Below, piece after piece: positions 49,887-61,494 of a stretch of 64,000 bases of DNA. The stretch comes from Iphione sp. A-MEVVRFRX5. Lineage: Eukaryota. Position numbers and translations under genes: made by a program. Below the pieces are notes generated by a model. The model was not told where the DNA came from. It ran no database searches and saw nothing but the letters and a program-made list of their open reading frames with translations. How positions within the stretch are numbered: the stretch's first letter is position 1; every line of letters starts with the position of its first letter. Where the stretch lies: contig OZ320316.1 of NCBI GenBank assembly GCA_976226885.1, forward strand, positions 63,860,001 to 63,924,000. Direction: 5' to 3'.

Positions 49887-52800
49887 GTTTCATATGTTAA
49901 TAAAGAGAGAGGGAGAAAAGGTTATGATTTCAAGCCCAGACCCCCATACAAAATCACTTTGCGACCATATTCGCTATTACGACCATTTTGGGCCGGCCCA
50001 AGTGCTGGTCGCAAAGCGAGTTTCTCCTGTATGTACATGTATGTACATGTATGTGTACACAGATAGTGTGGTACGTATTTCTTGGGGAAGCGAAGATTCA
50101 TTCCTATGTAGATTCTAGTGAAATAACCGGTACAGAGATCAAGGAAAATGCGATGGATGATGCTACCCTAAACGTGAAGACAGTCTTCCACCACAGTGAG
50201 GTTCTATTGGTAGCGGTAATATATTTGTACTCTATTTGTGCATACAAATAGATGTCGTCGTTTTATTATTCGTTATCTATTTAATATTTCGTTGTTTTTA
50301 ATCTTAAAAAATGCATATTGTACTTTAAACCGCATGCCCATATTCATATAAAATATCAACCCCTCGCACGACGTTTGTGAATTTTTCTAAATTCCCGATC
50401 CCCACGCTTCTTTCAGTGGCACTTTGACTGTATTGTTGGTCTTGCTGATGGGGTCGCCCGCAGTTTCAAAGCTGCATTAAACCAATTTATGGCTAAAAGC
50501 AACGTGTGGTACCACTTGTTCTAGAAGCCAGAGGTATCCTGCTTCTATTCAGTGACCCCTCGCCACTGGCATTCGATTTTTGGACCCGGCAGAAATGGCA
50601 GAGGAGGTTCTGGGGTGGAGAGATAGATGGTTTGCTGGCCGACTGCATCAAGTAATTTTGCGGCATCCAGTGGTGTGTGGAGTGGGAACATTGCGATCCA
50701 TTCGATGGTGTTTCTCAGTGTCAGATTCTCGGCTCCGGGGCCCTCGGAATAACAATGTACACCCAAGTCTACGGGAGAGATCTCAACGTCCGACAGACGG
50801 CCGTGGCCGTTCAAAATGAAGTGGTTTCACTTTTCTACTTGCATTAGCAGACTGTTCCTCTTGTAGTAGAAGTGAGTTACAGAATATGCCCGCGTTCCTT
50901 TGATTCGTTTGGGCGCACTATGTCAGAGCGAGCCTCATGAAACATTACATTCGAGCTCTAACATACTAGAATTTCCGTGTCAGAAAGCAACTGGATGAAC
51001 ACTTCATTATTCCTGAGAATTATTCATTCGTAATAATGCATCATGGTTTATCAGTGAAACGGCCACTTATATTGGGATTATTAATATTTAATTCTGAACC
51101 TAGACGACAGTGACCTACGTCAACTGAAGCCAAAATCCCTTTTCCATGAATAGACCTTTTTGCCATTATGCAAACTACACGTGCTCATTCAACAGAACAT
51201 GCGTCTCCATGACTGTAAGACTTTCCCTGCAATTATCCAACACTGCTTTCTTTTTCTACAACCCGCAGCCTGATGTGCTGACTCGGACCTAATTTCGGGG
51301 CAATACCTGTTACTCGTGCCACCGACTCCCTGGTGCACTGCCGGGATTTGTTACATGCGGTTGCTTTGCCTGTTTTATAACATCTTGGCCCTGACTAAAA
51401 GCTCTGTCCGAGAGCCGATGATCTACCTCCAACTGTAATCAACCGACTACTGTGTGTGTTTTGGGGGCGGGGGACCTGTGATGCAGCAGGTACTGTTTCC
51501 TTCCAGCTACGGGTGAGACCATGGGAGCGCCCACTGCGGTTTCCGCGTCTGAATTCAAATTTATTCGCCTCCACTACCATTGTTGGAGCCTAGGTGTTGG
51601 TGCGGATTAACTGGTAACGGGTTAGGCAGATGCTATTTCACTACAGCTATTGTATGTAGGAAGTGCGTTGTACCCTAACTGTAGGAGAGAACTGCACGTG
51701 CCTGTACTGGGACCGCAGAATTATTTCTGGCCAAGCCGATCATGTCTATCAACATGAAAAAATAAGGACATTCGACTACAAATTGATATGAGTCAAACAT
51801 CGCATCCCGATTCAATATAAAGCAATCGTAGGCAAGAAAGCACCACCTTATCGTTTCCCATCGTTATCACAGTTTATTAAATTAATTTCATTTCCTATCC
51901 ATAGGTGGCTCCCGAATAAATCACTTTGGTTGATTGTTCCTGCCTAGTGCGCAACACGCATAATAAGGTGCGTTACGACTTCTGGATGAACGTTTACATG
52001 GCGCAAACATCACATAGTGTCTAGCCAAAAAAGAGTGTAAAAGTAGAATCTGTATAGGTAATACGACCTACCGCGGTTAGAGGCACACTTCAGGGAAAGT
52101 CAGATGTTTCGAAGGATAGTTACGCGGGCTCCCCCTGGTAAGAAAATCACAGTAGATGACAAAATATCTATCAGATGCATTACCATCGGTGGCAAAGAAA
52201 ACACAAGGTATGTAAAGTGAGGGGGGGAAGAGCTCCTGACGGCTTGTGATCAAGACACGGTGTTATTGTAGGTGAATAAGGCCCGGCTTGTTTTCCCTCC
52301 TTTGTCTTCCACTGGCGGCCCATAACCTGTCATGAGACATCAAAAGACAGCCAACCGTAATTAGCTTTAGCAAGTTTTTCCATCGCGCTGTCAGGCCTTG
52401 GCATAATTAGATAGGGCTCTTTTTCCCGACCTACCACAACTTGAGAGCACCAACTGCGAACTTCTGCCCATCACACCTCCTGCAAGACACTCTGACACAG
52501 TGTAGGCTGATCCTACAGCGTAATCTACACCACGTTAAGAGACATAAGCAGATTTTATCAGTAATGGATGCACTCTGCCCTTAATGTTTTTTCCCTTGTC
52601 AATGTCATAAATTTCATGATTAAATGTTCTTTATTTCATTGTATTTTTTTAGTTGATACTGTGCAGATGTCTTAGTATCCCTTTAAACATTTTGCCGTGG
52701 CTGCGCTTAAATTATATATGTGCACGGATTGCCTTGCGGCACATCTATTAACTTACTCTTGTGTAGTGCCCTTCTAGTGTTTCGAGGAGGTCGATGGCTC

Positions 52801-55800
52801 AATAGATGATATGGGCGGCTCACCTTTAGCCGACTTGGCGCCTTCCAAACTGACTACCATCTACGTTTATTTGTATATCTCAAGGGCCAGTCGCTTTCGG
52901 GACAGCGCGCGAGAGACCTGTAATAGAAGCTGCGTGCCTCTGACCTCTGACCCCTGTTTCACTGCCTTCTGGCGGAAAGTTTGAGCATCATGCATGCGTC
53001 TTGGCCTGAACACGTTGGTCAGATCCCGGGTTTGCTTACTATCAAGTGAGATGTTGAGAAGGGGATGGGGTGCGGTATCCGACCTCCGAGACGCACTAGA
53101 TAAACAAATGTTCCTCCTGCAGCGCTCCAAGACCTCGACTTTGCCGCCAACGAAAATACAGGGCCCTATAAGACACCGTGTGCTGTCTCGTGCTTAAACA
53201 TTTGGTTGCAAAAGCCAAGGTACCAGACACGCCATGTTGACAGACGAGCTACCGATCTGCCACCTTCCCTGCGGCCTTTCCAGAAGACAGCCCAGTATTA
53301 GCAAGATTGTCTCAGTCCTAGGCTTTCCTGGAAGGCAAGGCATTCCTTCCTGTAAGTCATGGATTGGCTGCCTTTATCGAGGAGAACGTGCCATGCTGCA
53401 GGCACCTATGAGAACCAACTATCCAAACAAAAACGGAAAATGGATTATGGGCATTTTCATTTTTGTTTGGGGGGGAGCAATAAAAACTGTTTTTCTCCAA
53501 AACCTAATAAGAACGAGGTGCATGACGTTAGCATCACGGGTAACTCATCAGCTTAGTGGCGCAGAGGGAGAAAGTTACCTGCCAATGGGGCAGTTTGGCA
53601 GTGCTCTTGTCACCTCAATTGCTTGGCGTCACGGCCTTGTAGTAGTTATCGGTAATCATAGAGGAGGCGGACAACCTGGAGCGAAGGGTGATCGAGCCAG
53701 TGCACTTGTCCCCGTCGACCGGAGGATGGCGTGTCTTGACACGACGGGTCAGGATAATCCTCGATTATCTCCTCGAAGACTGAGCGGAAGAAAAAAAACA
53801 CTGACAGTATCAGAAGCTGAAGGTCCTAGTCATGAATACGAATTCTGCGTATTTCCGGCAGGTGAACTGCATGAATATTCACCTAGAAAAACTGAAGGAT
53901 GTTGGAAGTGGGGTATACCGTAATTTCGCAGACACGTCCTTTGTCCTATACTAAGGTATATAGAAGATAGAGCTGAGTGTTTTATGCTTGTGAACAAGAC
54001 AATACGAAAGTGTTTTTACCGAGCATGCATTCACCTTATACAAGAACATAGAATTTCGCAATCATAGAGAGATAAGTTCATTCAGTGCAAGATTGCAGTC
54101 AATTCGGAAGTGATACAGAGAATGCTAGGGTAGGTATTACTTGTTTCTTGTGTGAAGGCAGATATACCAGTATAAAAATCGCAATGGAATCCATCATGTG
54201 CAATGACATTATTAATGACGAAAAAACGGCCTTGAAGATACTGCAGATCGATTTTCTTCACTCTTGTGCATTAGGCAGTATTATCTATGTTCCATGGTAA
54301 TGGGCATGGACACGGCCGTGTATATGTGAGGAAGTGATGTTTTTCTTAAGCATATATATATTTATCTTCCCGGCCCTCCATACCCAAAGAGGGTTTGCCA
54401 TCAGCATTACGTGCATAAATGAAAATAATCTTGCAAGCGGTCGGCCATTAACAACACGAACTTGTGAAGACGAAAATCCTGCAAGGCCCATGAAAAATAT
54501 TCTTCGTCAGTTGGGCTGCACATACCTAAAGACTGACTGAGGTAATGGCAGGTCTGGATGTCAGAAAAAAGCCATGGTGCCCCCTTGCGGCGAACATGGC
54601 AAAGGTCGGGTGATTGTCCAGGTGGACTGGGAGCGGGTCGGCCGTTCCATCTGGCCTCTGGTAGACCCTGGTTATGGATATCTTGTGTTTGACGAGATTC
54701 TGGTACAACAGTCCACCTTCCTTTGCTTTTACGGGAGGACGTCAAGGGGCCTGGAGACAACTCAGGGCTTTTTCCTCCCGTCTCTGATGGAAGCAAGGTA
54801 AGGTTTAGCTTGGGGATGCCGAATAAAGGATTGGCTATTCACCACGGTGAAAGAGAAGCATAGTCTGGCGCGCATTGCTATAGGCTGGCAGGGAAACACT
54901 GTTATTAATATCCCGCATAAAACACAAGGAAGGTCGGTCTGGTGGGAGGAGACAGCCTCAAGGAGCCTTACATGATCACTCCCCTGTGAACAAACCTGCA
55001 GATCTGAGCCCATGGCATGCGACCGATCTTAGCCGGGGGCGATAACAGGGTCAGGCGGGGGATCTTTCTGACAGCTAACTCACCCTCTCTGTTTCTTTAT
55101 CCATCTACAGGGGTACAAACCTCCATTTTATAACCTTTGGAGTATGCATACAGCGGTTGAACAATGGGTGAGGATCAATGACGCGACATGTTTCCTCCGC
55201 TGGCAGTCCACGAATTACTGCCGACCAAATTTCACAGCATTCCTTTGATACAACTAGCTTAAAGGGCAGGAATAGATGCCGAGTGACGGGATTTATATGT
55301 GCACACGATGGCCTACAGCTATAAACAAAATCCACCGCCGTCTAAGCAAGCGGATACAATTGTGGCGATATAAAGTGCACTTCAATGCTATGACAGCATC
55401 ACTTCTATCCCTGATCTGCACAAAGTAACGTAAATAGATCCGATGCGTGCTTCCTGCGGAAGCCAAGCAGCACTTCCCATGATTATTTAACCAATAAAAA
55501 ACTCATCTACCTCTGTTTCTTGCGTCATCTTTACTGTATGGCTTCCACATACGAACAGCCGACGATGTCTTCCTTGTTTGAGATACCATTATTGAGGCGG
55601 ATGACAAGGAAAGTTACAAGATAATCATTATTAGCTGCTTCCTTCAGGAAAGCGAAGTCTATTTTGCCAGCGGCAAAGCTTGATTTAAAGTAAAAAGATG
55701 CTACCGACATCCGATAGACCTCTCCGCACATGGAACATGGCTGTTTTAGACCCAAACTCTGATTATCCTGAATTATTCATAGCAGCCTAAGAAAACTGAA

Positions 55801-57039
55801 CGGCCAGCTGAAATATGTGCGCGATAGATATGCAATGTTCTCTTTCATTTCGGGGCTTTGGTTTTCTTAGCTGCATGCACAGAGCTCTTCCGCTCTATAG
55901 ACATTGGTACTGAGCATGTCTCTTGTTCTGCGATGTCTCTCACCCACGGCATTTCGCTGCACGGATGGAACATGCTTCTAACATGATCGAAGTAGGCAGC
56001 TACGATCTTAAAATATTGCCTTTTAGGAACTTTGTAAATTAAAATGTCTCTTCCTTCGGTAACAAGTATGGGAAACTTTCCACCAAAGTTATGAACGAGC
56101 CATTCGCCGCCGGCGGATCATCAAAGTTCCCATTCCTAGTCCCTTGAAGGTACCAAGTATCTCGATGAGCTATCACTTCAACCATTGCTCATACGAAGGA
56201 ACGAACTCCGGGAGCGACCACTTAATATGTTCGCTGGCATGGGTAATATGAGAGGTTAACTCACGGAGGCTCAATCAGTTATTGCATGGCTAGTTTTCCA
56301 TCGGTCTAATTATGACGGTAACGAAATATATGTAAAATACAGGCTGATAACCCGCCTGGATATCAGTATGGGTAACATTTCCAATATCGGAATTAGGAAG
56401 TTATTGTTTAGGTATCTGAATGAACGGTTATTATGGTTACGGAGTGCATGTGTATTAAGAAAATAAAGGCCATCGCACTAGGATGCCTTTAGATAATTCT
56501 GGCTAAAACCAAATAATAACGCCCTTTGTGACTCATCACTTTCTCGACAGATATTTCCCCGAGTACATCCCCATGCTTCATCTTTCCGACTGCATCATAA
56601 AACAATCTCAAAGGAGAATGTGTTTACAAGAAGGGCCTGGCATCAGCCATACCCTCATTAAGTTCGTCTTTAAAATTTCATAGGTTACATAGTTGGGAGA
56701 TGCTCATATCCCTGGTACGTCATGTACCTCATTAGGGCGCGCGCCATTAAATAAATAATTGGCTGGTCGTAATGACGTTTTCCAGGAGGGAGGTGGTAGA
56801 GGTCTCCTCAAGAAGAAGACAATTTGTTTAAACAGCAGCAGGTAACCGCAACTGCAAACTAGGTGCGAGTTCGGTTCCGTAGAAAGTAACGGATCGTAAA
56901 AACGTCCGTCTTGGGCGGTTAGGATGAGAATCTATGGCTCGCCGAGATAATCATCGGGGATTGTCACACGTTCCTGACGCTAAGTATGGCCGGTCTTATA
57001 AAAGTAATGGCTTTCAGGGAATCCTGCCTGGGTCCTTAC

Positions 57040-57354
57040 CTGTAGTCGGGTGGATGTGGAAGAAGCCCTGCGGGTCACCGCCGGTGATGGCGTAGGTAAG
57101 AGCGTTGCTCGCCCCCACATCCTTGTCACGTCCCTGGACACGCACCACAGACGTGCCCTCCGTCGAGTTCTCCACGACGGTCGGGTAGTAGACGGGCTCC
57201 TCTGTTTGGGGGATGTTGTCGTTGACGTCGTTGACTTGGATGAGCACCTCGACCCGGGCCGCGCGGGGAATGGTGCCGCGGTCGTGCGCATATATGGTCA
57301 ACCAGTAATGGGATTGACTCTCACTGTCCAGCACCTCGTTCGTCCAAATCATAC
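57040..57354 (-). CDS. FAT1: Internal coding exon (315 nt, phase 1 to 1) of a FAT1/2/3-type atypical cadherin, one cadherin-repeat length
   Basis: Acceptor ctctctccactctttcag| and donor ACAG|gtaagg. It encodes (G)MIWTNEVLDSESQSHYWLTIYAHDRGTIPRAARVEVLIQVNDVNDNIPQTEEPVYYPTVVENSTEGTSVVRVQGRDKDVGASNALTYAITGGDPQGFFHIHPTT(G), with cadherin Ca-binding motifs (DxG, DVNDN, DxD). SHYWLT, PQTxEPVYYP and GxPQGFF are FAT1/3-type signatures. Confidence 0.95.
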
Positions 57355-60300
57355 CTGAAAGAGTGGAGAGAGCTGCTGCTTTATCCTGTTTAGTCACCCG
57401 ATGTATAAACAGCATCTACATATTTTAGGTGATAACACACACTACTGGAGCTTCACTCACCTCCCCCCCCCAAAAAAAAAGTAAGGCGCCCAACGTGTAT
57501 GGACCTGCACATTTAAATTTACTTATTAGCATACATGTACTGTACAGCTGAATGTTATAGGAGACAAGTATGTTTTCCAGTCGGTATTAAGTCCACAGGA
57601 TATAAAATGTACAGCTCCGAATAAACGTCACTATTTTAAGAGCTTCAATTACAGTGTGAGTAATATATTCAGTTGTACGAGACACACTTTTTAATCCCTC
57701 CCAAATGATAAAAATGACAAGCACAGCAATGAGACAGATAAATACGTAGGCGCTGAAACAGTTGATGATAATGAATTGTTCTTATCGGCAATAGGGCAAC
57801 ATGCTAACATCAAATATCAAGGAAGCAGTGGTACTTGTGGTATAGTCGGAATTCAATATGGTTAAAAAGGCCTGACTACACATCACCATGCAGCCCACCT
57901 GACGATTAACCTTCAGTAGGCTTCAACTGATTACTGCTCCACACTAGCCGTACCGCCCTCACGTCTCTCCCTAGACCTGCCGGAGTCGCCTCAGCACCAG
58001 CGCCCGCGGCAAGATGGCCCCAAGACGCCTCATTCCATCTACGGATCCTCAGCCAATCTTGGTATTTTACCAACAGCCACTGAGGAAATCCAAGCAATGT
58101 TGTTTACTCAGTGCTCCCTGCGTGAACAGTTTTACGTCGACAGAGTGCATTAAGAAATTATAGCTGTACTATGGAATCTGCCTGAGAGGTGCTATAATGA
58201 AAGCAATTTCCAGTACTCGTTTCACGGTATTCCGAAATAATTTTCCTGATGCATTCACATAATTCATGATGGCCTTGATAAACAGGCGATTAGGCACTGG
58301 CCTAAATAAGGAATCAGGAACGACACGCTTTGGCAGCTTGTTCATTTTTGAAGTCTAGGTGCCGCCGTCTGGGAGAGCGGCGCGATTTTCTCGCCATGCC
58401 ATAAATCATGGCGTCTGACTTGATTACTCCTACCCAGACGGCTGATCGCCGTTTTTTGAAGAGTAGAGTCCCCATATATGATGTACGCTTGGTACAGGCT
58501 GACCGGAAACCAAACACCTTTGCGTCTCCCGGGTTTGGCGGCGGCCCTTCGTGGCAAAAGCTACAGAGGTCAGGAGGTCACGGTGGGTAGCCTAGGGAAC
58601 AGACCGGTAGTGAGACTAGAGTGACGTATGGTGGAGGAACATGGCCACCGGACTATTGTATATTTATGTGTTATCGCGTGTCATATGCATTGATCTTGTC
58701 CCACACTTCCTGCTCATTTCCTTCGGGTGACGGGCGTCACATGAAAGACAATTATCCTCGGCTCCGTCTTACATCTGCCCCCTTTAATATGAAACAGCCG
58801 ACGGGGTGAATTTGCCCCTGGGCCGTGAACTGCAGCAAGGTGGGTTTAACGTACCTATATACTCGACATTCTTAGCACAGTAGACCAACTACACTGTGTA
58901 GGTAAAATTTACTTGGACGATCAATGCTTCGGGGAGTTAACCTGGATGACCTCGGGTCGTCTGAGGGTGATGGCCATTAGTTCTTTCCGCGAGGCGGCGG
59001 TCGAATGCTGTGAGGGGAGCGTGATTTGGGATAGTGAAGGGTTGATGTATTCAGTGCTCACCTGTCCAATCAGTCATCATACGCTGCTTGGTTCTCATCC
59101 TCTGAGAGCCTATCATACCGATGCCGGGAAATTGGCGAGTTTACGGGTCCCTTTACATGCACATCATGGCGGACATGCCATAATTTTCTGCAGCTACTAC
59201 TAACCAAAAAATGCCCGTACTTTTTTCCTCCATAGCCTCCTAAGAGTACTAATATGCTAGCTGGGGCCTGGTACGGATATGAGTACTTTGAAATATATAC
59301 ACAGACAATATCTAGATTTCACCTTCGTTTGAATGATAAAGGATTAAGACATACATAGAATGGCTTAGACCCATGTGGTTGTCATCGAAAGAGAGCGACC
59401 TAATCAGTATCCCGGCTTTTAGCGCGCACTGCCACCATCTCAACACTCGCTCAACCACCAAAACAACCTTCGGAACTGGCTTCTCAACGGCTATTGGCTA
59501 TCCTGGCTTCCTCTGTGGCTTCAATTCACCGAGTGTGCTCACGCCGCCATGGTCAATCAGCAGGGAGCCACGTCAACGTACGGTTATCACTGTTCCTTGC
59601 TAAGACCCACCGCTGTCTGAGCTGGCCTTCGTCTAACACAGACAGCTCGTGACAACATCATTGTGATTGAAGGCTTGGAGCTGCTCGTTTCAGGCTGAGC
59701 ACGTCGAGAGGCTCGGCGCCCCTTAAGTATAAACACTGGCGCCCTCTGACGACAAGGCACAAACTGCGCCGATCTGCCTGGTCGCCAGAAGCAGCAGTCG
59801 GCCCTATGCCTTGATAGTTTAGGGAGGGTATGACAAGTAGCACAGCCTGCAGATGGCCCACTAGCAGGTTGGTCAGATAAAATCTGCACCGCAGGTTTGG
59901 AGAGGATCGTTCAAGTGTTGCGGGGGCGGGGGGGGGGGCGCGACGCTCTAGGGACTGTGACTGAATCCTACAAGCTTTGTCAATAAGGCGGCCGGATGTC
60001 TAAGGGGTTTCTGGTGTCTGTCTGCCAAGAGAGTCACAGAGGGATGCCCTGCTGCACTTCTCGCGTCGGCCTTGCTGGAGAAAGACACTGACCCCTGATC
60101 TCTAATGCCACACCCCATCAGTGCTGACGGTCGCACAGACCACCGACAACATAAAACTGTACTACGAAAATCCCTGGTATAGCCTTTAAAGCACAGGGCC
60201 AATAATCTGAGGTTCCCTGCAAAAGTTATCAAGAACGGCCAACAAGAATGTGGCAAGTCAGCGACAAGAGCCAATAATGTCCTTACCGCAGGAGAGTTGG

Positions 60301-61447
60301 ACAAACCCGCTGTAGTCAACGTTACTGCCTCGAAACAATCTTGTTGCTGTCTTCCCCCCTCGGTTAGGTCAACTTCCAGGGAATGTATTGCCCCTCCCAT
60401 AAAGAAGTCAACGAGCCCGCGGTTGGGATGAAGGCATGTGGTCTCACGTTTTGATGGACACTAAGCGCTGCTGCATGCCAGGAGACCTTCGTAGTAGAGG
60501 GAAATTGGGTCTATGTGGGGCGGGAGGAGGGTGTCCGCGCAAGACAGGCAAAACGTACTTCATCATCTACTGAATCAATATAAAGAAATAAGCAAATCTA
60601 ATTACCTGGCAAAAGCCTTTCTGACTACCCGGACAGGTGTTTTATTAAAGAATTAGTTGGTCGAAACTGCTCATTGGATGCACTTAACTAATTTCAATGT
60701 AATGTTATAGAATGTCATGTCCACTAAAGAATCACTATTCCCTACTCCAGGGAATACACGGACCGGAGGAAAGATACTTCACACACTTCCCTGCGCAGAC
60801 CACCGTGAAATCGGTTCTGAGTCGGCTTCACGAGTCCCATCAAGACTGCCATCTCCCTGGCCGAATCAATCTGTATCTCGAAAGTGAAAACGATCCGAAA
60901 CCGATGCGACTGGCCTGCTCTTGGACCATTCCGACCTAAGCGTCTGCCACTGCACAGATGAAAGCCTGATGAACCCGGACGCGCCATAGCAGAACCCTAT
61001 CCGTCGGACAAGGTATCCTAAATGCCTTGGCTTCAACAGCCTGAAGATTAGTGGCGCGTAACAGCGTCTGATTACAATGCGGAAAACTGCTAAGATATAC
61101 CCAACAGGAACAATAATGGCATGTATGCGGCGATGTGATAGTGTGAGTGTCATCTGCGACTGGGACTGCAGAGAAGTGAGCCCTACCCGTGACAACTCTT
61201 GCGGAACACGGCCATCATAGTGGCAGCACTAGCCTCCGCGACCTTGCTCCGGTGTGTTGTTCGGAAAGAAACCCCCGAGAGCAGTGGAAAAAACAATTAG
61301 TACGATAAAACAGCACCCTCTTCCCGCAAGGAAGGCTCAGTCTCTGGCCGCAGTAGCTCTAGATCAATAATGACAACTGACATTCCCGATAGAGAGCCGA
61401 CACAACTTGCCTCAGCTGACGCAGAAGAGCAGCTCTAGCTTCGTTAG

Positions 61448-61494
61448 GACGATGACGACGGCGGCGGCGGCGGCGACGACGAAGACGACAACGA
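61448..61494 (+). repeat. Compound (GAC)/(GGC) trinucleotide tract
   Basis: gacgatgacgacggcggcggcggcggcgacgacgaagacgacaacg. Confidence 0.8.

Larger units (their letters stand above)
49181..50029. mobile_element. Non-autonomous Tc1/mariner-like element (849 bp)
   Basis: 23-bp TIR CAGGA(A/G)AAACTCGCTTTGCGACC with 1 mismatch, TA on both flanks, inserted in a TGTACATG(TA) tract; repeated TTGCGACCA subterminal motifs; no transposase ORF. Confidence 0.85.
1229..57039 (-). other. Giant phase-1 GT-AG intron of the Fat gene (55,811 nt nominal)
   Basis: The flanking exons join into a continuous cadherin repeat (FFHIHPTTG-LITTTNRRLDRE), so no further constitutive coding exon is needed between them. 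It contains one 135-N gap. Confidence 0.88.

Noticed and set aside
53234-53923. 229-aa plus-strand ORF, the longest gap-free ORF
   Set aside because: No recognisable domain, codon pattern or splice context; probably a chance ORF in an intron. blastp or expression data would be needed to rescue it.
54526-54708. RVYQRPDG peptide vaguely like LINE endonuclease YRPP
   Set aside because: No downstream GDFN or other APE motifs.
55084-55104. 21-nt microexon-like segment (ctgtag|ATGGATAAAGAAACAGAGAGG|gtgagt)
   Set aside because: In the Fat phase it reads GAT GGA TAA (stop), so it is not a coding microexon; the acceptor is modest and there is no other support.
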